In this document: piece after piece, positions 9,984-20,170 of the stretch
Position numbering within the stretch: the stretch's first letter is position 1
How the letters are laid out: every line of letters starts with the position of its first letter
Assembly: GCA_964535955.1 (NCBI GenBank)
Contig: CAZHVK010000002.1
Coordinates: forward strand, 72,122-136,121
Direction of reading: 5' to 3'
DNA: 64,000 bases
DNA from: an uncultured Methanosarcinales archaeon
GTDB taxonomy: Archaea; Nanobdellota; Nanobdellia; Woesearchaeales; CAXGTL01
Notes under the pieces: model-generated
What the model was told of the DNA's origin: nothing
What the model saw: the letters and a program-made list of their open reading frames with translations, nothing else
Database searches by the model: none
Made by a program: the position numbers and the translations under genes

Positions 9984-11228
9984 TCAGAAAAATCCCCAGC
10001 TCTTTAAATAATGAGCAAGCATTCCAATTAATAATAAAGCCAACAAAAGAAAACTAATCCAAACCCAATACTCTTGAGCTCTTTTCTTATTTTTAAACAA
10101 ACGATTAAGAAGTACTTGCAGCATTCTGCCACCATCAACAATACCTAATGGCAGTAGATTAATAAGGCCTAATGCGAGGTTAAACAAATAAAACCAAATA
10201 AAGAATCCTTTGAACCAATAAAAAATCTGTCCAGAGATATTATGTTCTTGTTTAATTAAACGTTCATTTCTTAAACCAATAACCCCAATATATCCTTTTC
10301 CAGGAATATCAGGATGTTCAATAGTGGTAAAAGTATATTCTTTCTTTCCATCATCATTTTCAGCACCAAGAGTAATTTCATTTCCTGGTTTAACCCCTTG
10401 CATTTTTTTATAAAAATCAAGATAATCTTTTACTACAACACCATTAACAGATTGAATAATCATACCATCCCTCATACTTGCATTATGAGCAGGAAGATGA
10501 GGCATAATATTAACAGAAAAACCATTAGAATCTGAAAAATAATCCTCATAAGGTGCTAAGTTGTCTCCTGCAATATTCATAGGATTAACCCATGGTAATG
10601 CAAAAATAAGCAAAAATGCTATTAATATATTTATCATTGGACCAGAAGCATAAACAGAATATTGAACATAATCAGATTGCTTTTTTAACATCTTGTCGTC
10701 TGGTTCCACAAATGCAGCTGGTAATAATGGTACAAAAATAGAAAAAAAAGCAAAACCACTTGATTTGATTTTTATATTATGAGCCCTTGCCATCACTCCA
10801 TGAGCTCCTTCATGTACTATTGCTAATAAAAAGATAGCAATAATCCAATGCCAAAAAGATAGAATACCAAACCCTGGTAAATTCATGCCAGGCAGTACAA
10901 GGGCCATCCCTGTATCAACCTTTGTTGGTGTAATAAAAAACAAGACCATTGTTTTAACAATAGCATAAGTCCCAAAAATCATAAAAGCAAAGCCAAAACC
11001 AATAAAACAAAATCCTAAGAATCTAATAAATTCTCTATATTTTGTAGCAATTTTATCCATTATCTTTAAACCATACTTGGTTCTATAAAGAATCATATAA
11101 AGAAAAGGGTAAGCAATTTTCCACAAAGAAATTTTTTTTTTATTTTTTAGAACAAAAGCCAATAAAATGATAATAACTAATATGCCTGAAATTATATCAA
11201 CATTTAATAAAAAACCAAAATTTATCAT
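9984..11228 (-). CDS. Site-2 protease (M50) with PDZ domain
   Basis: HEGAH, AFVEPD and NLLPLGIVDGG motifs. Confidence 0.92.
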   Translation of the reverse strand: MINFGFLLNVDIISGILVIIILLAFVLKNKKKISLWKIAYPFLYMILYRTKYGLKIMDKIATKYREFIRFLGFCFIGFGFAFMIFGTYAIVKTMVLFFITPTKVDTGMALVLPGMNLPGFGILSFWHWIIAIFLLAIVHEGAHGVMARAHNIKIKSSGFAFFSIFVPLLPAAFVEPDDKMLKKQSDYVQYSVYASGPMINILIAFLLIFALPWVNPMNIAGDNLAPYEDYFSDSNGFSVNIMPHLPAHNASMRDGMIIQSVNGVVVKDYLDFYKKMQGVKPGNEITLGAENDDGKKEYTFTTIEHPDIPGKGYIGVIGLRNERLIKQEHNISGQIFYWFKGFFIWFYLFNLALGLINLLPLGIVDGGRMLQVLLNRLFKNKKRAQEYWVWISFLLLALLLIGMLAHYLKSWGFF

Positions 11229-11299
11229 TTATCATCTTCCCATTTTTTATGCCAAAATTAAAAATATTAAAAATCTAAAAAAATTAAAAAATATTAAAA

Positions 11300-11461
11300 T
11301 TATTTTTTTCTAACAGGTCTTAGCGATTTTCTTTTGCATTTCCTACATTTAACTTTTCCTTGTATAACTTTCATGTTAGGAGCTCTAATCTTACTTTTAC
11401 AATTTTTACAAATAAATATATTTTTGTACAATCTTGCTTGTGCTTCTTTAAATTTTACCAT
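11300..11461 (-). CDS. rpl40e: 50S ribosomal protein L40e (not in ORF track)
   Basis: Manual translation MVKFKEAQARLYKNIFICKNC...KCRKCKRKSLRPVRKK. Confidence 0.92.
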   Translation of the reverse strand: MVKFKEAQARLYKNIFICKNCKSKIRAPNMKVIQGKVKCRKCKRKSLRPVRKK

Positions 11462-11482
11462 ATTTATTCACCTACTTTACAA

Positions 11483-11884
11483 TCACTTACCACCTGAAAC
11501 TTGTTTCATAACTTTGTCATCAAGTATGACCCAGTACAAAACATTACATCCTTCAACAACTTGATCTTTTAATTCACCTGGAATCTTAAGGTCAAAGGTT
11601 TCATATGTTTCTAAATCCATGACATTTACTGAGTCGCCATGGATACTTAAAACTTGAGCAGTTCTCTTATCAATAATTGGGACATCAATATGATCATGTC
11701 CTGGCATTACAATTTGCCTTTTTCTACCATCAATTATTCCAACAGCTGTTAATCTAACTTTTGCATGACCATGTTTTCCTGGTCTTGAAACTTGAGTATC
11801 TGAAACAACACATGCTGCTCCATCAACAATAACATAATTCCCTTTTTTTAAACTTCCAACACTTACTGGTTTTGTTTCACCCAT
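11483..11884 (-). CDS. eif5a: Translation factor aIF5A
   Basis: PGKHGHAK hypusine motif. Confidence 0.97.
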   Translation of the reverse strand: MGETKPVSVGSLKKGNYVIVDGAACVVSDTQVSRPGKHGHAKVRLTAVGIIDGRKRQIVMPGHDHIDVPIIDKRTAQVLSIHGDSVNVMDLETYETFDLKIPGELKDQVVEGCNVLYWVILDDKVMKQVSGGK

Positions 11885-11902
11885 TTTCTAACACCTCTGA
11901 AA

Positions 11903-12112
11903 TTACTTTGCTGCTAATTTTATATCGCGATCTTTTACTGTTTTTCTTCCAGCATGTTGTGCTAATTTAACTGCTTGAACAGCAATATCTTCACCAATAT
12001 CTTCTAACATGCTTTTTAATGCAACTTTTGCTTTGTCTGAAACTCGTTCAGCACCACCCATTTTAAGTATTTTTTCCATTGCAGCTAAAGGCAATAATTT
12101 TTTTGTTGGCAT
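11903..12112 (-). CDS. Archaeal histone
   Basis: LPLAAMEKI..GAERVS..A..HAGRKTVK..DI. Confidence 0.95.
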   Translation of the reverse strand: MPTKKLLPLAAMEKILKMGGAERVSDKAKVALKSMLEDIGEDIAVQAVKLAQHAGRKTVKDRDIKLAAK

Positions 12113-12198
12113 AAAATCCCCTCCATTTTATTATAAAAATGAAAAAACAAGATAAATATATAAAGATTTCGATTATTAGAACAAGAATCTACTCTCTT

Positions 12199-12903
12199 TT
12201 ATCTAAACAGACCAAATAAAAGCCTCTTTTTTCTTGAGTTTGATGATAATTTACTTAGAAGTTTCTCAAGTTCTTTGGAATTAGGATAAGCTTTTTCAGC
12301 TTTTCTAAACTCAGTACTATGAAAAAGATTCCGATTATTGCTTGACTTAAACTTCAATTTCTTATGCAGCAATTCATGATACATGATATAATCAATCAGT
12401 TCAACATTTTGATTCCTCAAGATCTTAGAAAAAGTAACTGTATCAGTATGGTAATTATAATCTGCAAACTTTCTTTTAGAAAATTCACCCCATACAAGAT
12501 TTGGTATTTCAATCTGTCCATAAAAAAATTTATCATTTATTCTATCAAAAGAACGCTTTAGCTCAGGTTCAATATTATCTTTTGGCACAGACAGATGCAA
12601 TGATCTTATAAAATTATTATAAAGGTCTATGTTCATTGTATCCATAGTATTCATCATCTTAGCTTTTTCATTCTTAACAAACATCTTGATCAATAACATT
12701 TGTATAAGACCTTTAGTAATCTCATTATTAACACCTTTCCATTTCCTGCTCAGACTAATCACCAAATTACCACGAGCTTTACTCAACTTAATATTAGCAT
12801 TATAATCAGAAAACTTTGCAGAATACTTTAACCTGGCATTATAGTCAAAGTTCTTATCAGGAAACAATTCAATGAATATTGGTTTAATTGATTTTGAATT
12901 CAT
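12199..12903 (-). CDS. SprT/YgjP-like zinc metalloprotease-domain protein
   Basis: YIMYHELLH...H..EF motif; start at 12903 preferred to avoid overlap with the divergent gene. Confidence 0.75.
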   Translation of the reverse strand: MNSKSIKPIFIELFPDKNFDYNARLKYSAKFSDYNANIKLSKARGNLVISLSRKWKGVNNEITKGLIQMLLIKMFVKNEKAKMMNTMDTMNIDLYNNFIRSLHLSVPKDNIEPELKRSFDRINDKFFYGQIEIPNLVWGEFSKRKFADYNYHTDTVTFSKILRNQNVELIDYIMYHELLHKKLKFKSSNNRNLFHSTEFRKAEKAYPNSKELEKLLSKLSSNSRKKRLLFGLFR

Positions 12904-13017
12904 ATTTCTATGAAATAAACCAAACAATATAAATCTTATTATAACATACACTTCAGAACCATCCCACAGTAGTAAAAAGCGCAAGCTTTTTAAACCAACA
13001 TCCACCTCTATATATAC

Positions 13018-16000
13018 ATGAGGAAGCAAACACTAACACATGAATTAGTAGAACAAATACAATTAACAAAACAACTAGACAAAGACTTATCAGATATACC
13101 AATAGACAAACAAACCAAACAACAACAACCTCAAAAAAAAGAAAAAGAAAAACAAGAACAAGAATTCTTATTAACTGAAATAATGCAAAAACAAAAAGCA
13201 GCATTCTTAACATTATCAGATGGAAAAGAACAGACCAGTTTTTATATTGATAATTATAAACACAAATTTGCAACAAAATTTTTCAAAGACAATGAAGAAT
13301 TAGAAGAATTTTTATTTGAAAAAGAACATGGATTTTATCATCCAATAATTTATAATGCTCCATTAGTGATTTATGATTCAGAAAAACCAGTTGTTCAAAT
13401 AGAATTACCTACAAGATATGGTTCTTCAAAAAATTATTCATTCCAAGAATTAAAAAATGTATTAAAAACAAACAAGATCATAAAAAAACAAAAATTAGAA
13501 GAGTTGGTTGAGGAAATATTTGATTTCTTAATTACAAGCAAACCAGAAAAAGAACATAAAAAAAATACACATTCAATAGACAGCATAGCAAAACACATAT
13601 GTAAAAATAATAAAGTTACAAACAAAAACCTCAACAATATAAAAACAATATTTGGATTATTAAGGATGGGTCATCCTATTGCATCTGAAGAAATAATAAG
13701 AGATAAAAAAGATAAAACACCAAAGATAACAATACCAAGTCCTTTACCAGACTTATTCATAACAGGGAAATATGATCCGCAGATGCAGCAAAACATTGCA
13801 CCAACAAATTCAATATGTAATGTAGATTGTGAACTAATAAAAATTTTAGAACAAAATAAAAAAATAAACAAACTTATTAAGGATATTGATAAAGACATAA
13901 AACTAAAACTTAAAAAAATAGGATTAACAAACATAAAACAAAATCAAGACAGACTTGATGAGGCATTTGAAGAATATAATGGAGAGAATTATAAAGAGAT
14001 ATTTAACAAAAAGATAAAAGGAACATTTTTAGAAAGAAATTATGATGAAAGCTTTTTTGAAAAAAGAAAAAATTTGCAAGATGAAATTATTGAATTTAAT
14101 AAAACACTGAAACAAACAAATTCATTCTTAAAAATAGAAAGAATAAAAAGTAAAGAAAAAAATAAAGAAAGAAGATCCTTTGTGCATTTTGGTAAAAACA
14201 TTACTTCTGAAAAATATGAATGGATTAAGTACAAAAGAATGTTTAACAGAGAAGATCTAAAGGGAAAAAGATTTGCAATCTTTGATACAGAACAACCATT
14301 CTACAAATATGGAGACAACAGAACAACATCACTTTCAATAATCATATCACAAGATCATGAGATAAAAGAAAAATATGTGATTGCAACAAACAAAAGCAAT
14401 GAACAAGGTTACAAAGGATTCCCCTATATTTTCGAAGCAACATCTGAAAAACTTGTAGAAACAGGGAAGAGCATAATGGAAAATTGTGATATATTTGTTG
14501 CATACAACATAAAACATGACACAACAAAATTAAGAGATGATGGAGACTTTGCAATTGGTGAACGCCTTACAAATCCAGTTTATGAAGTAACAACTAAGTT
14601 CTTAGAAAGAATGAGAGTCAGAGGGAAAATATGTCTTGATCCAATGAGGTGGGCAAAAGTTTACCTAAAATATTTACCAAATCAAAAATTAGTTTCAACA
14701 GCAAAAGCATTAGACTTAGAATTTGGAAAATCAATCAATTATCGCCAGCAAGAAGAGTTATTATTTGTTAATCTAACAAACAATGCAGACCATTTAAGCA
14801 GAGACACAATAGATGTAATCTCAAAATATTTAGGAACAAAAGTTACAAGAAAAAACATACAAAAAATGCAAAGCCTCGACATGATCTGTGGCACAATCTT
14901 ATTAAGATATGTTACAGAAGACACTTTAGTTTTGCCAGAAATAATTGAATCAAAACAGTTTCAAGATTCATTAGATGATTTATTCTTTATGTCAGATCTA
15001 TTTAAAATAGAATTCACAAGATTGATGCATTCAACAAACACAATAAATCAATTTCAAAAAAATTTATTTTTTGAAAATTTAGGAACATATCATGATGAAG
15101 TTTTTCCAACAAACTATGGAGCACAAAAAGATTATTATGAAGATGCAAAACAGTATTTTAAAAGAAAATTAAAAAGCAATTTAAAATCAAGATTAAAACA
15201 AAACAAAATTAAAACAAAAACAAAAGGAAGAATAAGCAAACAAATTTACAAAGTTCACCTGCCAAAAGCAAAACATTTTAGAGAAAAGATAATTGATAGT
15301 TTGATGCAGAATTATAGAGAAGGAAAAGATGAAAAAACAATAAACACATTAGAAAAATTTTTCAATTATATAGAGGAGCATAAAGAAGATAAAAACAGAT
15401 TATTCTTTTTAACACAATATGAAGAATCATTATTTGATTGGATGTTAAAAGATTATGCAGCAGTTATTTTTGAAAAAAAATTATTTGAAAAGCACGTCAA
15501 AGAAACTGAAAAACAAAGAAATGAAGACCTATTAGATAATATGTTAGACTATACAAAAAACACAAACTTCTCTGAAAACACACAACTAAGTTTTGGAATG
15601 AATTATGAACAAGAGAATGAAGAAGAAGAAATATGCAAGTTTGAAATAGATCTGGAAAAAATTGAAAACAGATTCAAAGAATTAAAATCAAAATTAGGAA
15701 TTGGTAAAGACTGGTCATACTTCTATGAACATAATCTAAATAAAAAAATGTTCAAGGAATATAAGACAAAAATAGACACAACATTGATGGCACAGAATGA
15801 ATTAGAGGAAAAAGAATATCTTGACTTATTCAACAGGTGGGCAAAGATTGAAGCAAAGAAAAGAGTTTTAACAGGCTCAAGCAAAACAAATCAATTTGAA
15901 ATAGAAAAAATTTTAAAACAAAGAGATAAAGAAATAATTGAATTCATTACAAAACAAGGATTTAACATTGTACACACACAAGATGATTATCTTTATTTAT

Positions 16001-16797
16001 CAGATGGAGATGAAAACAAATTATTAGAAAAAGATTGTCCATTAATTTATGTCGATAAAATAGACTCAGCCTTTACAGCAAACAATAAAATATTTTATAA
16101 CAAGAATGGATTCATAAAGGGGTTAAAGATGTCAGAAGATCCACAATACCATGTATCAACTTTTGAAAATAAGATCTATTCTGAATTTCTTTTACCAATA
16201 TTAAAAGGAGATTATGAAAAAGCCTTGGTAAATACAAACAAAAATTTAGAAGAGGTAAGAAGTCTGAATCATAGGATAAAAGATTATGAAAAGATTGATC
16301 TTCTACGTTTATCAAAAAGTACAAGAATCTATATAGGATATGAAAGAGATTATTGGGAAAACAAAGCTACAAAAATAAAATTCATGACACCAGACACAGT
16401 CAAGTTTGATAAAAAAGATGAATTAGGAGAATACTTTGAAGTTGAATTACAATACAATAAAAAAGAAGATGGAACAGAAATAGAAAAAGTTTACAAACAA
16501 ATAAATCCTAAAACAAAAAGAGCACACATGATATTTCCATATCTAAAAAGAGGAAGAAGAAAAAATAAAAAAATAAAAACATATGAAAAATATTATATCA
16601 TGAACATAGATGACTTCAACCCAGATCCACTTGAATACAAAAAGAAAATCACAAAAAGACTAAAGGGCCTTTTAACATCATTAACAAACAAGCACATAGC
16701 AAAAACCATGATAGAACAAGGTCTTTCAGAAAATGAGACCTCATGCATTGCAGATTCTTGCAGAGCAGAATATGAACAGACAAGTTTAGAGTTCTAA
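13018..16797 (+). CDS. Divergent family-B DNA polymerase-like protein with DEDDy exonuclease and eroded polymerase motifs
   Basis: ExoI IFDTE, ExoII AYNIKHD, GKICLD..LPNQKL, ExoIII YVTED; GFNIVHTQDD at the YGDTDS position. Confidence 0.7.
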   Translation: MRKQTLTHELVEQIQLTKQLDKDLSDIPIDKQTKQQQPQKKEKEKQEQEFLLTEIMQKQKAAFLTLSDGKEQTSFYIDNYKHKFATKFFKDNEELEEFLFEKEHGFYHPIIYNAPLVIYDSEKPVVQIELPTRYGSSKNYSFQELKNVLKTNKIIKKQKLEELVEEIFDFLITSKPEKEHKKNTHSIDSIAKHICKNNKVTNKNLNNIKTIFGLLRMGHPIASEEIIRDKKDKTPKITIPSPLPDLFITGKYDPQMQQNIAPTNSICNVDCELIKILEQNKKINKLIKDIDKDIKLKLKKIGLTNIKQNQDRLDEAFEEYNGENYKEIFNKKIKGTFLERNYDESFFEKRKNLQDEIIEFNKTLKQTNSFLKIERIKSKEKNKERRSFVHFGKNITSEKYEWIKYKRMFNREDLKGKRFAIFDTEQPFYKYGDNRTTSLSIIISQDHEIKEKYVIATNKSNEQGYKGFPYIFEATSEKLVETGKSIMENCDIFVAYNIKHDTTKLRDDGDFAIGERLTNPVYEVTTKFLERMRVRGKICLDPMRWAKVYLKYLPNQKLVSTAKALDLEFGKSINYRQQEELLFVNLTNNADHLSRDTIDVISKYLGTKVTRKNIQKMQSLDMICGTILLRYVTEDTLVLPEIIESKQFQDSLDDLFFMSDLFKIEFTRLMHSTNTINQFQKNLFFENLGTYHDEVFPTNYGAQKDYYEDAKQYFKRKLKSNLKSRLKQNKIKTKTKGRISKQIYKVHLPKAKHFREKIIDSLMQNYREGKDEKTINTLEKFFNYIEEHKEDKNRLFFLTQYEESLFDWMLKDYAAVIFEKKLFEKHVKETEKQRNEDLLDNMLDYTKNTNFSENTQLSFGMNYEQENEEEEICKFEIDLEKIENRFKELKSKLGIGKDWSYFYEHNLNKKMFKEYKTKIDTTLMAQNELEEKEYLDLFNRWAKIEAKKRVLTGSSKTNQFEIEKILKQRDKEIIEFITKQGFNIVHTQDDYLYLSDGDENKLLEKDCPLIYVDKIDSAFTANNKIFYNKNGFIKGLKMSEDPQYHVSTFENKIYSEFLLPILKGDYEKALVNTNKNLEEVRSLNHRIKDYEKIDLLRLSKSTRIYIGYERDYWENKATKIKFMTPDTVKFDKKDELGEYFEVELQYNKKEDGTEIEKVYKQINPKTKRAHMIFPYLKRGRRKNKKIKTYEKYYIMNIDDFNPDPLEYKKKITKRLKGLLTSLTNKHIAKTMIEQGLSENETSCIADSCRAEYEQTSLEF

Positions 16798-16810
16798 GAA
16801 AATTAAAAAA

Positions 16811-17188
16811 TTAAATCAAAACAGCATTAATAATTCCATCTTGCCCTGGACGAGATGTTATTCTTGCTTTTCCTTTTTCTGTTTCAATTATTGTACCTTT
16901 TGTCATTATATTTCTACGAACATAATGAACATTAGAAGGATTCTCAATAATGTTAGAGATTTTTGCTTTAAAATATTTCTTAGTTTTAGGATCGTAAACA
17001 TTTGCAATTTCACCTGAAACAAGCCGATTTTTTGAACTAGCGCCAAGTGTTCTAATTTTTTTAAACTTAGATTTGCCTAACTTTGTTAAAGAAGGTGTCC
17101 TACCAAATAATGCCTTTATTTTCCTAGGTTTTGTTTTATATCTTCCACCACTTGGTTTTCTCTTTGATCTATGCTGTGTAATTACCAT
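16811..17188 (-). CDS. rps8e: 30S ribosomal protein S8e
   Basis: RSKRKPSGG, RRNIMTKG and ITSRPGQDG motifs. Confidence 0.97.
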   Translation of the reverse strand: MVITQHRSKRKPSGGRYKTKPRKIKALFGRTPSLTKLGKSKFKKIRTLGASSKNRLVSGEIANVYDPKTKKYFKAKISNIIENPSNVHYVRRNIMTKGTIIETEKGKARITSRPGQDGIINAVLI

Positions 17189-17322
17189 ATTAGTATAGAA
17201 TTAAAGTTCTATTTAAAAAACTTACTATTTTTCGCAGAAAGATTCTTCAGTAAACTTTATAAAGAGAACATTGTTATCCACTATTAATTATTTATTTTTG
17301 TTATTTTTGGAGGGATAAAAAA

Positions 17323-17547
17323 ATGGAACAAGCAAAACCTTTTGATACATTAAACAAAGCAAAAAACAATAGGGTCATAGTAGAATTAAAAAATGGTAAA
17401 CAGATGGTAGGAACCCTAAAAGCATTTGATTCATACATCAATCTAGCACTCGAAGATACAGAAGAAAGAGTTGATGGAGAACTTAAAAGACAATTAGGAA
17501 TAGTATTCATCAAAGGAGATAATGTTATCTTTGTGTCACCTGCTTAA
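17323..17547 (+). CDS. Sm-like archaeal protein (SmAP)
   Basis: G.L.AFD..INL.L and IKGDNV motifs; adjacent to L37e. Confidence 0.93.
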   Translation: MEQAKPFDTLNKAKNNRVIVELKNGKQMVGTLKAFDSYINLALEDTEERVDGELKRQLGIVFIKGDNVIFVSPA

Positions 17548-17580
17548 AACAAATTGCATAAAATAAAAGAGATATAAAAA

Positions 17581-17748
17581 ATGACTAAAGGAACACCCTC
17601 AATGGGTAAAAAATCAGGTAAAAAAACACACATTAGATGCAAAAGATGTGGTAAGCATAGTTACCATATTAGAAAAAAAAGATGTAGTAAATGTGGTTAC
17701 GGAAAAAGCAAGAAACTAAGAAGATATAATTGGCAGAAAAAAAGATAA
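17581..17748 (+). CDS. rpl37e: 50S ribosomal protein L37e (not in ORF track)
   Basis: Manual translation [11 protein letters not shown]...[11 protein letters not shown]....CSKCGYG. Confidence 0.96.
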   Translation: MTKGTPSMGKKSGKKTHIRCKRCGKHSYHIRKKRCSKCGYGKSKKLRRYNWQKKR

Positions 17749-17812
17749 AAAGTTTTTTAAATTTTACAATTACAAATAGTAATTTATCAAAAAGAGTGAG
17801 GAGATAACATAA

Positions 17813-19789
17813 ATGAAGATTCCAATTCTAATGTACCATGAAATCAATGATAATCCTAGGAATGAATGGTGTGTTTCAACAGAAGAATTTCAACAACAGA
17901 TGGAGTTCTTAAAAAAACAAAATTATCAAACAATCACATTAGATGAATTCTATGAATTTAGAGAAAACAATGAAACAAACAATACAAAAGACAAAAAAAC
18001 TCTGCCAGAAAAACCAATAATAATAACATTTGATAATGCAAGATTAGGAGTTTATAAACATGCATACCCAATTCTTAAAAAACTAGAACTAAAAGCATGC
18101 TTATTTGTAGTATCAGATTGGATAAGTGATAAGAAAAATATTCCTGAAAATGAAAATTATTCAGATTTTATGAACTGGGAACAAATAAAAGAATTAAGTG
18201 AAAATAATTTTCAAATAGGAAGTCATTCAAAAAATTATGATAATCTTACAAAACTACCTGATAAAGAACTAGAATTAAATTTATTAGAATCAAAAGCAAT
18301 CATTGAACTAAGGATTAACAAAGACATAACAAGTCTATCCTACCCAGGTGGTAAATTAAACAAAGAAACAATAAAAGCAGTAAAAAAATATTATAAAACA
18401 GCAGTATCAACAGACAAAGGAACAAATCTTATAGAAGATAATTTGAATACAAACCAAGAAAAAGAAATAGAAGAAAAAGAAGAAGAAAAACTATTCAAAT
18501 TAAAAAGACATATGATCTTAAACAATGTTTCATTAAAGACATTTAAACAATTATTTACAACACTTAGTTTATGTATGATAACTAAAAATGAAGAAAAATT
18601 TTTACCAGAATGTTTGGTTAGTATTCAAAACATTGTTGATCAAATAATAATTGTAGATACTGGTTCAGAGGATAAAACAAAAAAAATTGCAGAATCATTT
18701 GGAGCAGAAGTTTATGATTTTAAATGGAATAATGATTTTTCAGAAGCGAGAAATCATAGTCTAAAATATGCAAAAAGTGATTGGATTTTGTTTTTAGATG
18801 CAGATGAAACAGTTTCTCAAGAAGAATGTATAAAAATAAAAGAGTTAATAAATAAAAACAAAGAACAAGGAGAAGAAAATCCAACAATTGCATATTCATT
18901 AATAACAAAAACATATACTAATAATGTTTCTCAGGAAAATTTTTATTTTAATAAAGATAATATGATTGAATCTCGTGGATTTTTAGGAGCATCTTTAACA
19001 AAAAAAATTAGATTGTTTAAAAATAATCAAAACATTTATTTTAAAGGGCAAGTGAATGAACTTGTGGAACCTTCTATAAAAGAAAACAAGGAGATAGTTG
19101 AAGAAAAAAGTATATTCATAAACCATTATAGTGAAAAAAAGGATTTAGAATACAAAAAAGCAAAAACTGAAAAATACAGAGAACTTTATGAAAAAAAAGT
19201 ATTAAATGAACCAAAAAATCCAAAAGCTTATTTTGAACTTGCACAAATATACTTATCTCAAGATTTTTTTGAACTTGCAAAACAAAATCTTCTAAAAGCA
19301 TTGGAATTAAAACAAGATTATACAGAAGCTTTCCAAATATTGGGTGTAATTTATAACAAATTAAAAAATTATGACAATGCTTTAGAAGTACTAAAAAGAG
19401 CAGAAACAATTAACAAAGATTATGCTGAAACATATTTTACATTAGGTGTTACATACACAAGACTAAAAAAAATAAAATTAGCTGCAGAATCAATTGAAAA
19501 AGGTCTAAAACTTAATCCCAACAACACAAATGCTTTAACAAACCTTGGCGCTATCTATGAAAAATCAGGTGAATATGATAAAGCAATTAAAACAATCAAA
19601 AAATCATTAATGATCAATCCTTTTAATTCAAGAGCACATTATAATATAGGTCTTGCTTTTATGAAAAAAAATGATACCAACAACACAATAAAAGCTTTTA
19701 GCAATGCTATAGAACTAGGCTACAAAGACAAAGATAAATTAATAAGATTCATTGAAAATATTAAAAACATAAGCAAACTTAATAGATAA
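17813..19789 (+). CDS. Polysaccharide deacetylase-like + GT2 glycosyltransferase + TPR fusion
   Basis: IPILMYH and ITFDN; SLCMITKNEE, VDTGSED and FLDADE; C-terminal TPR repeats. Confidence 0.88.
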   Translation: MKIPILMYHEINDNPRNEWCVSTEEFQQQMEFLKKQNYQTITLDEFYEFRENNETNNTKDKKTLPEKPIIITFDNARLGVYKHAYPILKKLELKACLFVVSDWISDKKNIPENENYSDFMNWEQIKELSENNFQIGSHSKNYDNLTKLPDKELELNLLESKAIIELRINKDITSLSYPGGKLNKETIKAVKKYYKTAVSTDKGTNLIEDNLNTNQEKEIEEKEEEKLFKLKRHMILNNVSLKTFKQLFTTLSLCMITKNEEKFLPECLVSIQNIVDQIIIVDTGSEDKTKKIAESFGAEVYDFKWNNDFSEARNHSLKYAKSDWILFLDADETVSQEECIKIKELINKNKEQGEENPTIAYSLITKTYTNNVSQENFYFNKDNMIESRGFLGASLTKKIRLFKNNQNIYFKGQVNELVEPSIKENKEIVEEKSIFINHYSEKKDLEYKKAKTEKYRELYEKKVLNEPKNPKAYFELAQIYLSQDFFELAKQNLLKALELKQDYTEAFQILGVIYNKLKNYDNALEVLKRAETINKDYAETYFTLGVTYTRLKKIKLAAESIEKGLKLNPNNTNALTNLGAIYEKSGEYDKAIKTIKKSLMINPFNSRAHYNIGLAFMKKNDTNNTIKAFSNAIELGYKDKDKLIRFIENIKNISKLNR

Positions 19790-19841
19790 TTAATAGATAA
19801 GTTTTTAAATAGAATTCTACTTTTTTCTTATTACCCATTAT

Positions 19842-19925
19842 GTGGGGATGCCGGAGCGGCCAAACGGGACAGGCTTAGGACCTGTTGGCTTAGTGCCTAC
19901 GAGGGTTCGAATCCCTTTCCCCACA
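19842..19925 (+). tRNA. tRNA-Leu(TAG)
   Basis: Acceptor GTGGGGA/TCCCCAC, anticodon arm ACAGG-CTTAGGA-CCTGT, long variable arm, GGTTCGAATCC T-arm; CCA not encoded. Confidence 0.96.
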
Positions 19926-19954
19926 TCATATTTTCTTAGCTTATTAGAATCACA

Positions 19955-20170
19955 TCGAGCACTAGTAGGTTCCCGAATGATAGTGAGGTCTACCTACGAG
20001 GGTTCGAATATTATCGCTGGAAGCGATACTGCTTCGAACGATAGTGAGAAAGTCCCTTTCCCCACATTTCTCTTTTCTTTTATTGTACAACTAAGCGAAC
20101 AATAGTGAGCGCAAGTTGTACTTCGGGTTGATAAGGGTGAGACCCTTATGTGGGAATCCCTTTCCCCACA
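19955..20170 (+). repeat. Structured array: three CGAAYRATAGTGAG hairpin caps interleaved with tRNA-Leu 3'-end copies
   Basis: Motif at 19974, 20035 and 20096; tRNA-identical segments at 19993-20009, 20053-20067 and 20154-20170. Confidence 0.85.

Noticed and set aside
19842..20105. 87-aa ORF
   Set aside because: It overlays tRNA-Leu and the structured array; spurious.
19974..20109. CRISPR array reading of the 61-bp periodic motif
   Set aside because: Only three 14-bp imperfect units, the spacers are self-structured and tRNA-derived, and there are no cas genes in the window.
19896..20170. Integrated provirus or island at tRNA-Leu
   Set aside because: The att-like copies are under 250 bp apart with no integrase or cargo between them.
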